Positions 9,125-19,581 of a stretch of 28,918 bases of DNA are shown piece by piece. A program made the position numbers and the translations under genes. The notes beneath the pieces were generated by a model. That model was not told where the DNA came from, did no database searches, and saw only the letters and a list, made by a program, of their open reading frames with translations. The DNA lies in assembly GCA_028702575.1 (NCBI GenBank), contig JAQVOO010000008.1, positions 1,757 through 30,674 of the forward strand, given 5' to 3'. Origin of the DNA: Sphaerochaetaceae bacterium (lineage in GTDB: Bacteria; Spirochaetota; Spirochaetia; Sphaerochaetales; Sphaerochaetaceae). Within the stretch, counting starts at the first letter, position 1. Every line of letters begins with the position of its first letter.

Positions 9125-9285
9125 ATCGTTCCCCTGTATTTTACATCTACGGTAAGTTATTATGTTCTATAAGTCAATAAATTGGAGATAGTTATTAACG
9201 AATAAATCTTTGGGTAACCATAAAAAAGTAATTAGAAGCTACCTTTCTTGCCGATCAGAGTAAGATAAGGTACAATTGGCGCACG

Positions 9286-11969
9286 ATGAATCGATTTATT
9301 TGGAATATTACTAAACGATTACTCGCGATAGTGCCAATAGTAGTCCTTTTTTTATTCATGTATAAACAATTAGTCGTACTTGAACGAAACAATGTCCGTG
9401 AAAAAGTTATTTCGGAACATACAGGACACCTCCAACTCATGGACTTTTTTGTCACTGAAAATTTTGCAGAATATTATTCAATGCTACACCTCATCCGTAA
9501 TTCAAACAGTGTTGCTAACTTTTTAGCCGACCCTTCTGATGAAAATAGGGAGGGGATGAAAGCGTTTTTTAAAAGGATGGCCCAAAACCGCCCTTATATT
9601 AATGGTCTGTTACTAGGTACCACTGAAGGAGAACCTTTAGTTGGGTTAACTTCATTTGATGGTAGCATGGAATATGTAGGGTTGATGGTCCCATTTGAAC
9701 CAATTTGGGATCTTCTGGTCTCTAAGGTAAAAATTTAGAAGAAGATGGTTTTTATTTTTCTCCTCTGAATTATGTTATTCCCCTAGCAGGGGAAGAACCT
9801 CTACATCCTGTAATTGGAACTTCTATTCCAATTTATTGTGATGGAGAACAAGTTGGCATTCTTGGAATGTTGGTCAATGGGAACCATATTCTGGCCAAAA
9901 TTACGCAATTTATACAAGAACACCCGAACGAAATAAAGTTTAGTCTGGTCGATAATTACGGCAACCGGATCCTCAGAGATACCGTAGAAGGTATAACCCC
10001 ATATAATCCACTAATTCCCAATTTGTCTCAAAGTAAGCCCTTATTATGGGAAAAAGTTGTCAAAGAAGGGAAGGGTTTGACCGTAATTGATGGTTATAAT
10101 TATTACTTTCATGCTTTTAATCCCTTCAAAGAGCAAAACCCCTTCTATGAGGCACAGCCACATTTTCTGGCCGGTATTGTCTTCTTTGCTGACCAAGATA
10201 CCTCCATTTTAAGTGACTCCTTTTTACTGCGCCATAAATCTCTACGTTGGGTACTTGCTCTATTTATTTTTGTGGTGGGTGGATTTTTAAACATTTTATC
10301 CTATTTTAGACGTAATGACCGAGAATTACTGGCAGTGAGCAATCTAATTTCTGACCAATCACATGATGGTGTTGTTATTAGCGATGCCCTTGGGCATGTA
10401 ACCTATTGTAATCACACATTTCAGTCGATGACTGGTTTTTCCGAAAAAGAAATTAGCGAAGGCCGTCATCGTGTTGTTGATTTGTCAGGAGTAACTTTTA
10501 ATTCGGTCAAGGCCATAACATCTTCAAAACAACGAGATGCTAGAAATAATGCCTGGCAGGGTTTCCTATGGTTAGAGGGGAAGCACCACCTTGCGTTAAC
10601 TCATCTTAGGATCAATTCTATTGTTGATAGGCTGGACCGTATTCTGTATCAGGTTGGTCTTTATTCGAATCCTAGGAACCTTTCACGTGAATCATTTGGC
10701 AAAATGATTATTGCCAACGAAGGCGATGCTATCGCTATTGATCAGTATCCTCTACAGCTTTTAGCGCAAAAATGCGAGGAACCAGTAGATAATCCTTTTG
10801 TGGTGATTTATCTAAAATTGGTTAATATTGATATAATAGAAGCCCAATATACTTTAGATGAACATTATCTATTAGGGGCTCAAATCCGAGAACGAATAGC
10901 CAATGCTCTGAAGAATGATGACCTCATTATCCAATTATCGCCGGATACATTTTTACTGACCGCCTCTACTGACAAATTTTCAGAACGTAAAGGCCTAGGT
11001 CACATCGAAAAAGCTTTTGAGATGCCGGTAAAATTACGAGATCAATTACAAATTATCCGTATTCAGTGTGGGATTTCATCCTCTTCAGCCGATTGTTCTA
11101 ATGTTTCATTGTTGTTGCGGCAGGCTAGAATGGCCTTAGCCGCACAGGACCATTTTGGGCATAGTGGTAGCCTCTTCTACGATGAGACAGTAAATGAGTA
11201 TTTAGTCCGCTACTATGAAATTCTCGAATCTTTCCCAACGGCATTAGAAAAAGGTGAAATTACAGTCTATTTTCAACCAATTGTTGCTACCCAGACCAAT
11301 ACCATAATTGGCGCGGAAGCTCTAGCACGATGGGAACATCCCAAACTAGGTGCTATTCCTCCAAATGAATTTATTCCCATTATAGAACAAAATAATCTGG
11401 AGCGACTATTAGGAAGGTTTGTGGTGGAGCACGCAGTTCTGCTTTTACACGAACTTTCAACTATAAAAGAAAATCAACTGGTAGTATCGATGAATCTTAG
11501 CCCGACTGAATTAGAGGATCCCGATTTGGTACCTCATATGGTGCGCACATTAGATGCCTATAATGTTTCGCACGAATTGTTGATAATTGAACTAACCGAA
11601 CACTCCTTATTGACAGATATCGAAATTGCCAAGAAACAGCTGATAGAGCTCCACCAAGAACATGTCAGTTTTGCAATCGATGATTTTGGTACTGGATTCT
11701 CGTCGTTAAGTTATTTACACGAACTAAATTTTGATATACTAAAAATAGATCGCTCTTTCATCAAAGATTATCCTGAAAATGACGAAGGAGTCATCCTTAA
11801 AGCTATGATTAGGATGGTAAAAGAACTCGGTATTGCAGTTGTTATGGAAGGAGTCGAACTTCCTGAACAGCTGGCTCTACTAAAAGAGTTGAAGGTGCCC
11901 TATTACCAAGGGTTTATCTTTTCTAAAGCAGTTCCCAAAGATCAATTCTTAGAAATGTTGCAAGGTTAA
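9286..11969 (+). pseudogene. Frameshifted (or homopolymer mis-sequenced) sensor phosphodiesterase: TM, Cache-like periplasmic domain, TM, PAS, degenerate GGDEF, EAL
   Basis: ORF 9286-9738 (TM plus the first half of a Cache-like domain) stops at TAG 9736. Frame 0 opens at 9726 and continues the same domain (GFYFSPLNYVIPLAGEEPLHPVIGTSIPIYCDGEQVGILG) well before the ATG at 9867 chosen by the ORF track. Adding one A to the A5 run at 9729-9733 gives ...LLVSKVKNLEEDGFYFS..., fusing the two ORFs. Downstream: a second TM (WVLALFIFVVGGFL), a PAS domain (VVISDALGHVTYCNHTFQSMTGFSEKEI), and an EAL domain with EALARWEHP, ELTEHS, DDFGTGFSSLSYL, KIDRSFI, EGVE and QGFIFSKAVP. Confidence 0.65.
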
Positions 11970-12201
11970 AGCTACGCTAAAGAAAAAATTATCTAGATTA
12001 TAATCTAACTACAAAGTCGGTCATAGCATAACAAAATCCACCTGGAAAATTTTCTTTTTAAAAAGGAACAATCACTTATCTATGTTTAAAACAACTTTTG
12101 GGATTTTGAGTACTGTTTATCATAGAACATGATTATACCACCAATGCTATGGCAATGTTCTCTGTAATCACCAAGAGTGAAAAGTTGTAATGCTGATGCT
12201 A

Positions 12202-13421
12202 TTATTGATGTCTAAGACAAGCAGGAATATCCACCTTTAAGGCCCGTCTAATGGGTAGATAAGCGACGATTATTGCAAGGGTAATACCTGAGACAAAGGT
12301 TATGATAAATGACCTAAGATTCCAGGATCCCCGTACAATGCTCTGAATCCGATAGCCAATATCCGTATCGCGCATGATAAAGCCAAAATCAAGGCCTGTG
12401 TTGACCATATAGAGATTGCCTAGAGCACCCAAGGCGAGGCCGATAAGGGCTCCAACCATTCCAATGCCTCCTGCTTCAAACAAGAAAGAGAGCATGATAT
12501 GGCCCTCTTTCATCCCTAGGGCTCTCATCATCCCCAACTCCCGGGTTCGTTCATACATAGACATAAGCATCGTATTGGAGACCCCCACCGCTGCTATGAG
12601 AAAGACCAAAAAGAGGATGATTGCGGTTCCCCCTCTTTCAGCTTCCATCGCTGCAAGGTAGTCCTTAGCAAGGACTCTCCAGCTTCTTGCCTCCAGTTCC
12701 TGCCCAGATGCAGGTAAGAGTTGTTGTAATCTTTGTACTGCTTTATCCACATCGCTATGTAATGGCAGGCGAATATCTATTTCTGTAACTGATCCCTCCA
12801 TGCCCAAAAGAGAGTCTGCACTAGTCTTGTTCATCATCAAGAGTGTCCGATTCACATTGGGATTCGGGCAGTTGACGATTCCTACTATCTCTAGGTCTGT
12901 TGCCCCAAAGAAGCCCCCTTTGCCCCGATGTCCTGGGCAAACCAGGAACCCATGAGGACCCCTTCCTCATCATCGGCGGTGAGAAACCTCCCATCAATGA
13001 GGGTATCCTCAAAATGGAAGACGTCATGGTCAGTCTCTGGATCAATTGCTGTTATTAGGACACCCATGTTCCCATCTTCACCAAAATCATCGCTGTAGAG
13101 GATCATATCACCGGTGAACATGGTTCGCTCTGTTGCCGTCCAACCTGCACCCCTGATAATCTGTAGAACTTTTTGAGGTTGCTCTATCCCCTGTTCCAGA
13201 GGATAGAGTTGACGATCTGGCCAGTATTCCTTGGTATGAATCCTTACCGAGGATGTCTCGTACCAGAGCAGATTGCGGATCGATTCCTCTTCCATTCCCA
13301 ACAGCAGGGAATCAACAATGAGGAACATCGCAAGTCCTAGAGCAATTGCAATGGCTGTGATGAAAGTGCGCCTCTTGTAGCGAAAGAGATTTTTCATAGC
13401 CAGAAGGAAGGCAAACTTCAC
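12202..13421 (-). pseudogene. Disrupted paralogue of the FtsX-type ABC permease at 16524-17783
   Basis: ORFs 12891-13421 and 12202-12855 together align over the full length of the intact 419-aa permease (MKFAFLLAMKNLFRYKRRT... vs [19 protein letters not shown]...; shared ...CPNPNVNRTL...DIPACLRHQ C-termini). The frames break between DIGAK and RGKGGFF. In the intact copy these are separated by IGYWVTLLT. Nucleotide comparison suggests about 37 nt missing, which is not a multiple of 3. Confidence 0.7.
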
Positions 13422-13436
13422 AGGTATATCTCCTTG

Positions 13437-14534
13437 TTAGAAAACCCAACTACTGCCCACTGTGGCAGAGAAGGAAGCTGGTGTATCTGTCGAACTCCAG
13501 GCAAATAGATCTCCATCATCACCAGTAGCTAAAGAGAGGCTCCCTATGAGGTTGAAAGCTTCAAAGACATTCCAACTCACACCTATGGTGCTCATAGCTG
13601 AAAGGTCCAAGGGTGAAATGATCGAACGGAGAGTGAAGGAGAGGGAAGGAGAGTAGGCCAACACCAACTCTGGATAGAGTAATAATGCTGCACTATCATC
13701 ACTAACTGGGCCTATTTCCCATGAACCAAAAGGCCTAGTGAGAAACTCTAGTCTCAGGGAAAGGGATCTTTCCTGAGGTAAGGTTACCAGGTGGAAGAAT
13801 CCTCCACTTATTATCCAGGACTCACTGCTCTCTTTGGCGATGTCTCCATCTTCAGGGATAGCTAAGGAAGAGGAGAGATACCAGTCAAAGCCTAAGTTTC
13901 CTTGCAAGCTCAGATAGGGTTTGTGTTGACGTGTTGTTGTGATTTTTGGGGTTTTGGTAGCATACCCAATCTCGACTTTAATATCCTTGACGGTTGTATA
14001 ATACCTAGCACCGAACAGTATATCGGCGGGGTTATTTGTCTCAGATGGCATTACAACTGCTTCTGCAAAAGAGAAGAATCCCAGAGGGTAGTTGACTGAA
14101 GCCAGCCAGTTGGTGGTGCTTCGCAGTTCTGCCTTAGTCAGGAATACCGAGGTGGAGTTGCTTCCATACAGCACATCACCCGCATTGAAGAGCATCCCGT
14201 CCCCCCACGAGAGACGTGTTTTTCCTGCTGTAAGACGAAAAGAGGGAAAACGGGCCCTGAAGTAGGCTTTGTAGAGCACATCGTTCAAACTAGTTATAGG
14301 GGTAAGGGTAGTAGCCTTGAGTACTACTTCACCCCGCACATTTCCTTCTCGTTTTGACGAGAGGGCAACGCTGAGATCTCCATTAAAAAAAGCTCCCCAC
14401 GAATCAGAATGTGCTTTGTAGGTTAACGTGGGCAACAAGTCCATAGTTACAATTGGGTTTTCAGTAGCTATTAGAGAACTAAGAGTCATAAGTAATATTA
14501 AAATAAAGATGCAGAGCTTCTTTTTTCCTACCAT
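13437..14534 (-). CDS. Putative outer-membrane beta-barrel protein with signal peptide
   Basis: N-terminal signal peptide MVGKKKLCIFILILLMTLSSLIA. The mature part is rich in alternating-hydrophobic strands (LSLRLEFL, VSWNVF, FSATVGSSWVF). The C-terminal residue is Phe, as in the OMP targeting signature. It overlaps the preceding LolA-like gene by 7 nt. Confidence 0.5.
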   Translation of the reverse strand: MVGKKKLCIFILILLMTLSSLIATENPIVTMDLLPTLTYKAHSDSWGAFFNGDLSVALSSKREGNVRGEVVLKATTLTPITSLNDVLYKAYFRARFPSFRLTAGKTRLSWGDGMLFNAGDVLYGSNSTSVFLTKAELRSTTNWLASVNYPLGFFSFAEAVVMPSETNNPADILFGARYYTTVKDIKVEIGYATKTPKITTTRQHKPYLSLQGNLGFDWYLSSSLAIPEDGDIAKESSESWIISGGFFHLVTLPQERSLSLRLEFLTRPFGSWEIGPVSDDSAALLLYPELVLAYSPSLSFTLRSIISPLDLSAMSTIGVSWNVFEAFNLIGSLSLATGDDGDLFAWSSTDTPASFSATVGSSWVF

Positions 14535-15283
14535 GTGAGATTCTCCAAGGTAAAGATACTCCTGTCTAAATGAGGATTAGCCTCAAAAGAATCGATCGTC
14601 ATGAGGGTTGCAGAGTTCTTCTTCATCTTATCTTCGATCTTGCTTTGCTTTGGAAGGACCCGCTCCCCTGATTTAAAGGTTTCCAAGACCTCCATCACCT
14701 TGAGCAGGCGTCCCTGAGCGGTGGAATACTCTGCTTTCCAGACTAGGAAGGACTGTTTATCGACCCATATTTTCTGGACCGGGTAGGCTACCGACCGACT
14801 CTTTGCAGTGAGGGTCAATACAAAGCATGCGTTCCCTTTGAAGGTCTCTTCCCGTTCTAGTTTGGCAGTATAATTGTCCAAGGTGTTTTTCTCTTCGGTC
14901 ATGTCCTCATAGGAGATGTCTGAGCCCAGCATGGACTGCCTGAGGGCCGCTCCCTGCATCCTGATGAGCTGTTCGGCATCAGGGTAGAAGAGGTAGAGAC
15001 TTCCCTCTGTGCGAAGAATCTTCTGGCCCCGTTCTGCCTTGCTAGTGAACTCGATCAGAGAATCTTTCTCACCTTGCGACCAAGATTTGAATTGGCTGGT
15101 TTTTGTCCCGAAGCGGTCGGTAGTCTGGATCGAGCCAGTGGAGTAGGTGGTCTCGAAGGTAGAGAGCCTATCCATCTCACCTATGATCTCATCAGCACTC
15201 AGGGCAAAGAGTATAGAAGGGATGCAGAAGAGAAGAATTGTTAAAATCATAAGTTTTTGCAGTCTTGATATTTTTTTATACAT
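14528..15283 (-). CDS. Secreted LolA-like / outer-membrane lipoprotein-sorting-like protein
   Basis: The ORF track starts at 15319, but I prefer the ATG at 15283. GGAGG lies 8 nt upstream of it on the minus strand. It gives a classic signal peptide MYKKISRLQKLMILTILLFCIPSILFALSA. Its size and pattern resemble LolA-fold proteins commonly encoded next to FtsX/MacB-type ABC systems. The assignment is by resemblance, not alignment. Confidence 0.5.
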   Translation of the reverse strand: MYKKISRLQKLMILTILLFCIPSILFALSADEIIGEMDRLSTFETTYSTGSIQTTDRFGTKTSQFKSWSQGEKDSLIEFTSKAERGQKILRTEGSLYLFYPDAEQLIRMQGAALRQSMLGSDISYEDMTEEKNTLDNYTAKLEREETFKGNACFVLTLTAKSRSVAYPVQKIWVDKQSFLVWKAEYSTAQGRLLKVMEVLETFKSGERVLPKQSKIEDKMKKNSATLMTIDSFEANPHLDRSIFTLENLTW

Positions 15284-16511
15284 AACGTAGAGCCTCCACA
15301 GGTTGGATTTTTGAAGCATGGCGAGAAGGGATGAAGGTCGAAAGCGTCGATATCACCACAGCATAGGCCCAAACGACAAGAGCAGTCAGTATGCTGGTTT
15401 GAGGGTAGAGGATCGAGGAGATCTCTATATCCATGCCACTGAAAGCTTCGGTGAAGTTGAGCCCTACCTTACCCATATAATAGGTGCCAACATAGCCAAT
15501 AATCACCCCGACAGCCGAACCAATCATGCTGATAAAGAACCCCTCCAGTAAAAAGAGCTTAGTTAGTTCAGATCCATGCATCCCTAGCGCTGAGAGCATC
15601 CCAATCTCACGCATCCTCTCAAAGATGACCATCATCGTCGTGTTGATGATGACCGTGCTGCCTAGGACGAAGAAGAACATGGCGATGAAATAGTAGGCGA
15701 TCTTGGCTATCCTGAGCATCCCGTAAAACATATTCAGTTCTGTCCAAGAACGGGTATCGGTTGCAGTGCCCAACTTACTCTCAATTTCGTTTGCAATTTG
15801 GATTGCAGTTTGTTTCTCATCTGCTCCATCTTCGAGCAACAGCAATATTTCTTGGGTCTGGCCATCCATGCCAAGAAATTTCTGGACTCGGTCGATCGGC
15901 GCCCAAATGGAGTTTGCATTGAGGCCAGCGACAGGAAAACCTGCGATCCCCACGATCTCAAAGGTGAAGGCATTGCTACCTCGAGTTGCTGTAGTGCTTA
16001 AAAGCGTTACCTTGTCTCCAAGGCCCAGTTGCATATCTCTAGCTAGAGCAAAACCCATCAATATCTCGTTCTTTCCTTCCTGGGGAAGTCGTCCTTCCTG
16101 CAGTATTGAAGGAAAATCGATGAAGGCCTCTTCACTGGAGAAATCGGCTCCGACACCCATGACCCCATGCTGTTTTTCGCCTAGGTACATGTTTGCGGGG
16201 AAGTTGATCCTAGCTGTGGCAGCTCGTACTTGGTGGTTGTCTGCGAGGATGGGTTCAATGCTTTTCCAGTCGACCCCAAGGTGGAGGGGATTGTAACGCT
16301 TATACTTTTCAAATTCAGCATGTTGGATACGCACCTCACCGGTATAGTAGGATTGCAGGTTGTTGGCCATATCGGCTTCCATGCCGGCGAGGAGGCCGAA
16401 AAGCATGACTATGCTCATCGCCGAGACTGCAATCGCAACTGCTGATAGGATCGAACGCCTCAGGTTCCTAAATATATTTCTAAACGCTATTTTTGGAAGT
16501 TTTGTCATCAT
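15276..16511 (-). CDS. ABC transporter permease, FtsX/MacB/LolC-E type
   Basis: N-terminal TM, a large extracytoplasmic domain of about 220 aa, and three C-terminal TM helices with the FtsX-typical ...ERMREIGMLSALGM... segment. Confidence 0.85.
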   Translation of the reverse strand: MMTKLPKIAFRNIFRNLRRSILSAVAIAVSAMSIVMLFGLLAGMEADMANNLQSYYTGEVRIQHAEFEKYKRYNPLHLGVDWKSIEPILADNHQVRAATARINFPANMYLGEKQHGVMGVGADFSSEEAFIDFPSILQEGRLPQEGKNEILMGFALARDMQLGLGDKVTLLSTTATRGSNAFTFEIVGIAGFPVAGLNANSIWAPIDRVQKFLGMDGQTQEILLLLEDGADEKQTAIQIANEIESKLGTATDTRSWTELNMFYGMLRIAKIAYYFIAMFFFVLGSTVIINTTMMVIFERMREIGMLSALGMHGSELTKLFLLEGFFISMIGSAVGVIIGYVGTYYMGKVGLNFTEAFSGMDIEISSILYPQTSILTALVVWAYAVVISTLSTFIPSRHASKIQPVEALRYV

Positions 16512-16523
16512 AATAAGGCTCTC

Positions 16524-17783
16524 CTATTGGTGCCTGAGGCACGCTGGTATATCCATCTTAAGTGCTCGCCTGATGGGCAGTAACGATACGATCATGGAAA
16601 GGGCGATGCCTGATACAAAGGTGATGATAAAACTCTTGCTGCTCCATGTCCCCCGCATTATGCTTTGGACCCGGTAGCCGATGTCCATATCACGAAGCAA
16701 GAATCCCACATCGATACCCTGATTGACCAAATAGATGTTGCCCAGTGCTCCCAAAACAATTCCTGCCAGAGCTCCCAGTAAGCCTATGCCTCCAGCCTCA
16801 AACATGAAAGCAAGGCGGATATGGTTATCCTTCATTCCTAAGGCCCTCATCATGCCAAGCTCACGGGTTCGCTCGTACATTGCCATCAGCATGGTGTTGG
16901 AGATGCCCACTGCTGCAATAATGAATACCAAAAAGAGAATGATAGCTGTCCCCCCACGCTTCGTTTCTGCGATAGCAACATAGTCTTTGGCCATCTCTCT
17001 CCAACTTCTAGCTTCAAGCTCGCTTAGGCCTGCCGCATCAAGAGCTGCTTGTATCTTTGTCACCTCAATATCGACATCAGCGCCCCTTGGTAAGAGAATA
17101 TCAAGCTCTGTCACTGCTCCATCCATACCCAATACAGCCCCGGCCGTATTCTCATCCATCATAATGAGGGTGCGATTCACATTGGGGTTGGGGCAGTTGA
17201 CGATGCCCACGACTTGGACGTCTATTGCTTCAAAAAAACCACCGTTTCCCCGTGTAAGCAGAGTGACCCAGTAGCCAATCTTGGCTTTGATGTCCTCGGC
17301 CAGCCATGATCCCAAGAGTATGCCATTTTGTTCCCCTTTATTGAGGAATCTTCCCTCAACCAAGGTATCCTCGAAGTGGAAGACCCTGTTGTCTTGCTCA
17401 GGATCGATGCCTGTCACCATTACTGAGAGGTTCCCGTCTTCACCGAAGTCATCGCTATAAAGGATCATATCGGCTTTGAACATAGTGCGCTTTGTTGCCG
17501 TATAGCCATTTTCTGTTAGCAAGTTGATCACTTGTTGGGGGTTCTCAATTCCCTCTTCTAAAGGGAAGAGCAATCTATCAGGCCAGTACTCCTTCTGGTG
17601 TATTCTCACTGAGGAGGTTTCATACCAGATGAGGTTGCGTTCCGATTCCAGTTCGATGCCTAAAAGCAGTGAGTCCACTATGATGAACATCATCAAACCA
17701 AGAGCAATGGCGATTGCTGTGATGGCAGTGCGTCTTTTATACCGGTTTAAGTTCTTCATCGCAAGGGAGAAGATGAATTTCAT
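16524..17783 (-). CDS. ABC transporter permease, FtsX/MacB/LolC-E type (intact copy)
   Basis: Same architecture, with YERTRELGMMRALGM. Its start overlaps the ATPase stop by 4 nt (translational coupling). Confidence 0.85.
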   Translation of the reverse strand: MKFIFSLAMKNLNRYKRRTAITAIAIALGLMMFIIVDSLLLGIELESERNLIWYETSSVRIHQKEYWPDRLLFPLEEGIENPQQVINLLTENGYTATKRTMFKADMILYSDDFGEDGNLSVMVTGIDPEQDNRVFHFEDTLVEGRFLNKGEQNGILLGSWLAEDIKAKIGYWVTLLTRGNGGFFEAIDVQVVGIVNCPNPNVNRTLIMMDENTAGAVLGMDGAVTELDILLPRGADVDIEVTKIQAALDAAGLSELEARSWREMAKDYVAIAETKRGGTAIILFLVFIIAAVGISNTMLMAMYERTRELGMMRALGMKDNHIRLAFMFEAGGIGLLGALAGIVLGALGNIYLVNQGIDVGFLLRDMDIGYRVQSIMRGTWSSKSFIITFVSGIALSMIVSLLPIRRALKMDIPACLRHQ

Positions 17784-18463
17784 CCTTTCCTCCTCTCATC
17801 GCTGGTGATGGTTCCATCATGTAGAAGTACAAGACGGGAGGCATAGTCCATGACCATCTGATCATGAGTTGAGAAGATGAACGTGGTCTTGTACTTTTCG
17901 TTCATTTTCTGCATAAGCTTAAGAATTTCTTCTCCGGTCTTAGAATCGAGGTTTGCAGTAGGCTCATCTGCTAAAACAATTTGAGGGTTTTTGATCAAAG
18001 CACGGGCTATGGCAACGCGCTGTTGCTGGCCTCCACTGAGTTTGCCTGGGCGACGATCTTCCATTCCCTCCAGACCAACTTCCTTGAGGAGAGCCATGGT
18101 CCGGCTTCTGGTCTCCTCGGCACTCACATTGAGGATGGAGAGGACAAAGGCGACATTCTCATAGGCACTGAGAACCGGGATGAGGTTGTAGGTTTGAAAG
18201 ATGAAACCAAGGTTGTTTCTACGAAACTCAGTCATCCCTTTCTTACCCATCTGAGTCACCTTTTCACCGTTGATGGTGATCTCTCCCTCATCAATGGCAT
18301 CGATACAGCCAATGAGGTTGAGCAACGTTGTCTTGCCTGAACCTGACGGTCCTGCTATAGAGAGGAACTCCCCAGCGGCAATATCCAAGGATACTTTCTT
18401 TAACGCTCTAACAACAGTCTCTCCAGTTTTATAATTGCGTGATACATTCTCTACCTTTATCAT
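17780..18463 (-). CDS. ABC transporter ATP-binding protein, MacB/LolD type
   Basis: Walker [11 protein letters not shown]-loop, signature [15 protein letters not shown], Walker [10 protein letters not shown]-loop STHD. It is 227 aa and lies directly upstream of two FtsX permeases. Confidence 0.9.
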   Translation of the reverse strand: MIKVENVSRNYKTGETVVRALKKVSLDIAAGEFLSIAGPSGSGKTTLLNLIGCIDAIDEGEITINGEKVTQMGKKGMTEFRRNNLGFIFQTYNLIPVLSAYENVAFVLSILNVSAEETRSRTMALLKEVGLEGMEDRRPGKLSGGQQQRVAIARALIKNPQIVLADEPTANLDSKTGEEILKLMQKMNEKYKTTFIFSTHDQMVMDYASRLVLLHDGTITSDERRKG

Positions 18464-18466
18464 AAC

Positions 18467-19570
18467 CTACTCCTCTTCAATGGGTTTGGTGATCTTTACT
18501 TTATTTTTTGCTTCTTCAGTTTTCTGTAATGCTGTAGCTCCTAGCACTCCACCCAGGTCCATGTGATCTAGGATAGAAGCTGGCAAGAGCATCATGGAAT
18601 TATTTTGCCGGATGCCTTCATAGACCATATTCATCGCTCGCAATTGGAGAGCGGTAGGATTTTCACTATACCGTTTGGCGGCAGTTTCAAATTGCTTGGC
18701 GATTTCTACTTCGGCGGCTGCCAAAATAATGCGTGATTGTTTTTCTCGTTCAGCCTGGGCTTGTTTACTTAACGAGTTTTCTAACTCTTTTGGAATAATG
18801 ATGTCGGTAATTTCTATCGATAGAATAGTTACACCCCAGGGATTAGTCTTGGCATCGAGGGCTAATTGAATCTCTTTGCCCAGTTCCTCCCGTTCGGAAA
18901 GCAAGGAAGATAATTCGTGCTTACCAATGGCATCGCGTAGTGCTGTCTGGGCCGAAAGGACGACAGCTTCAACGTAGTTTTCTACTTCCAGTACAGCATG
19001 TTTTGCATCCCAAATCATCCAAAAGGCGAGGGCGTCAACGTGAACAGGGACAGTATCACGAGTTAAAGTTTTCTCAGCACTAAAGTCGGTTACTCTAATG
19101 CGAGTGTCGACAAATTCAGCAATTCGATCGATCAGAGGCCACAAGAAAAGAAGACCAGGCCCACGCACTTTCTTGAACTTTCCCATGCGCAAGATTATTA
19201 CTTTATCCCAATGGGCGATGAGCTGGACCGAAGCTGATAGGAATAGTCCCAACGTTCCTGCCAATGCTAGAGGGTAGAGGGCGCTACCTAACACTCCAAA
19301 TACGATCAGCCAGATGATAATGGTGAATTGAATGATCGAGATCCACATTGGCAAGACGATTAATAGACAGGCGGCTATGAGGATTATCATGGCAAGTATG
19401 ATTACTATTTGGATTGGACTTTCTGGAAATACTACCAATTGTAAAGCAATACCAAGACCTAAGCACAGCGCTAAAACGAAGAACGAGACGGCTTTGTACG
19501 AGAAGTCTCGTGAGAGAGTAAATGGCTTAATGTTTTTTATACGATCATGTTTTCTGGTAAATAATTTCAT
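18467..19570 (-). CDS. SPFH / band-7 (stomatin-like) protein with polytopic N-terminal membrane region
   Basis: Several N-terminal TM helices, then a band-7 core (LTRDTVPVHVDALAFWMIWDAKHAV...AVVLSAQTALRDAIGKHELSSLLSEREEL) and an Ala/Glu-rich coiled-coil tail. Confidence 0.8.
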   Translation of the reverse strand: MKLFTRKHDRIKNIKPFTLSRDFSYKAVSFFVLALCLGLGIALQLVVFPESPIQIVIILAMIILIAACLLIVLPMWISIIQFTIIIWLIVFGVLGSALYPLALAGTLGLFLSASVQLIAHWDKVIILRMGKFKKVRGPGLLFLWPLIDRIAEFVDTRIRVTDFSAEKTLTRDTVPVHVDALAFWMIWDAKHAVLEVENYVEAVVLSAQTALRDAIGKHELSSLLSEREELGKEIQLALDAKTNPWGVTILSIEITDIIIPKELENSLSKQAQAEREKQSRIILAAAEVEIAKQFETAAKRYSENPTALQLRAMNMVYEGIRQNNSMMLLPASILDHMDLGGVLGATALQKTEEAKNKVKITKPIEEE

Positions 19571-19581
19571 ATTTGTCCTCC

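Noticed and set aside
12821-13045. 74-aa minus-strand ORF spanning the junction of the two permease fragments
   Set aside because: It is the third frame across the indel region of the disrupted permease and has no homology logic of its own. It is an artefact of the frameshift.
15766-16296. 176-aa plus-strand ORF and other ORFs antisense to the FtsX permease and ATPase genes (e.g. 16735-16983, 16987-17274, 17981-18340)
   Set aside because: They are antisense shadows of well-supported ABC genes. Their Pro/Ser/Ala-rich translations are typical of the reverse frame of GC-richer coding sequence.
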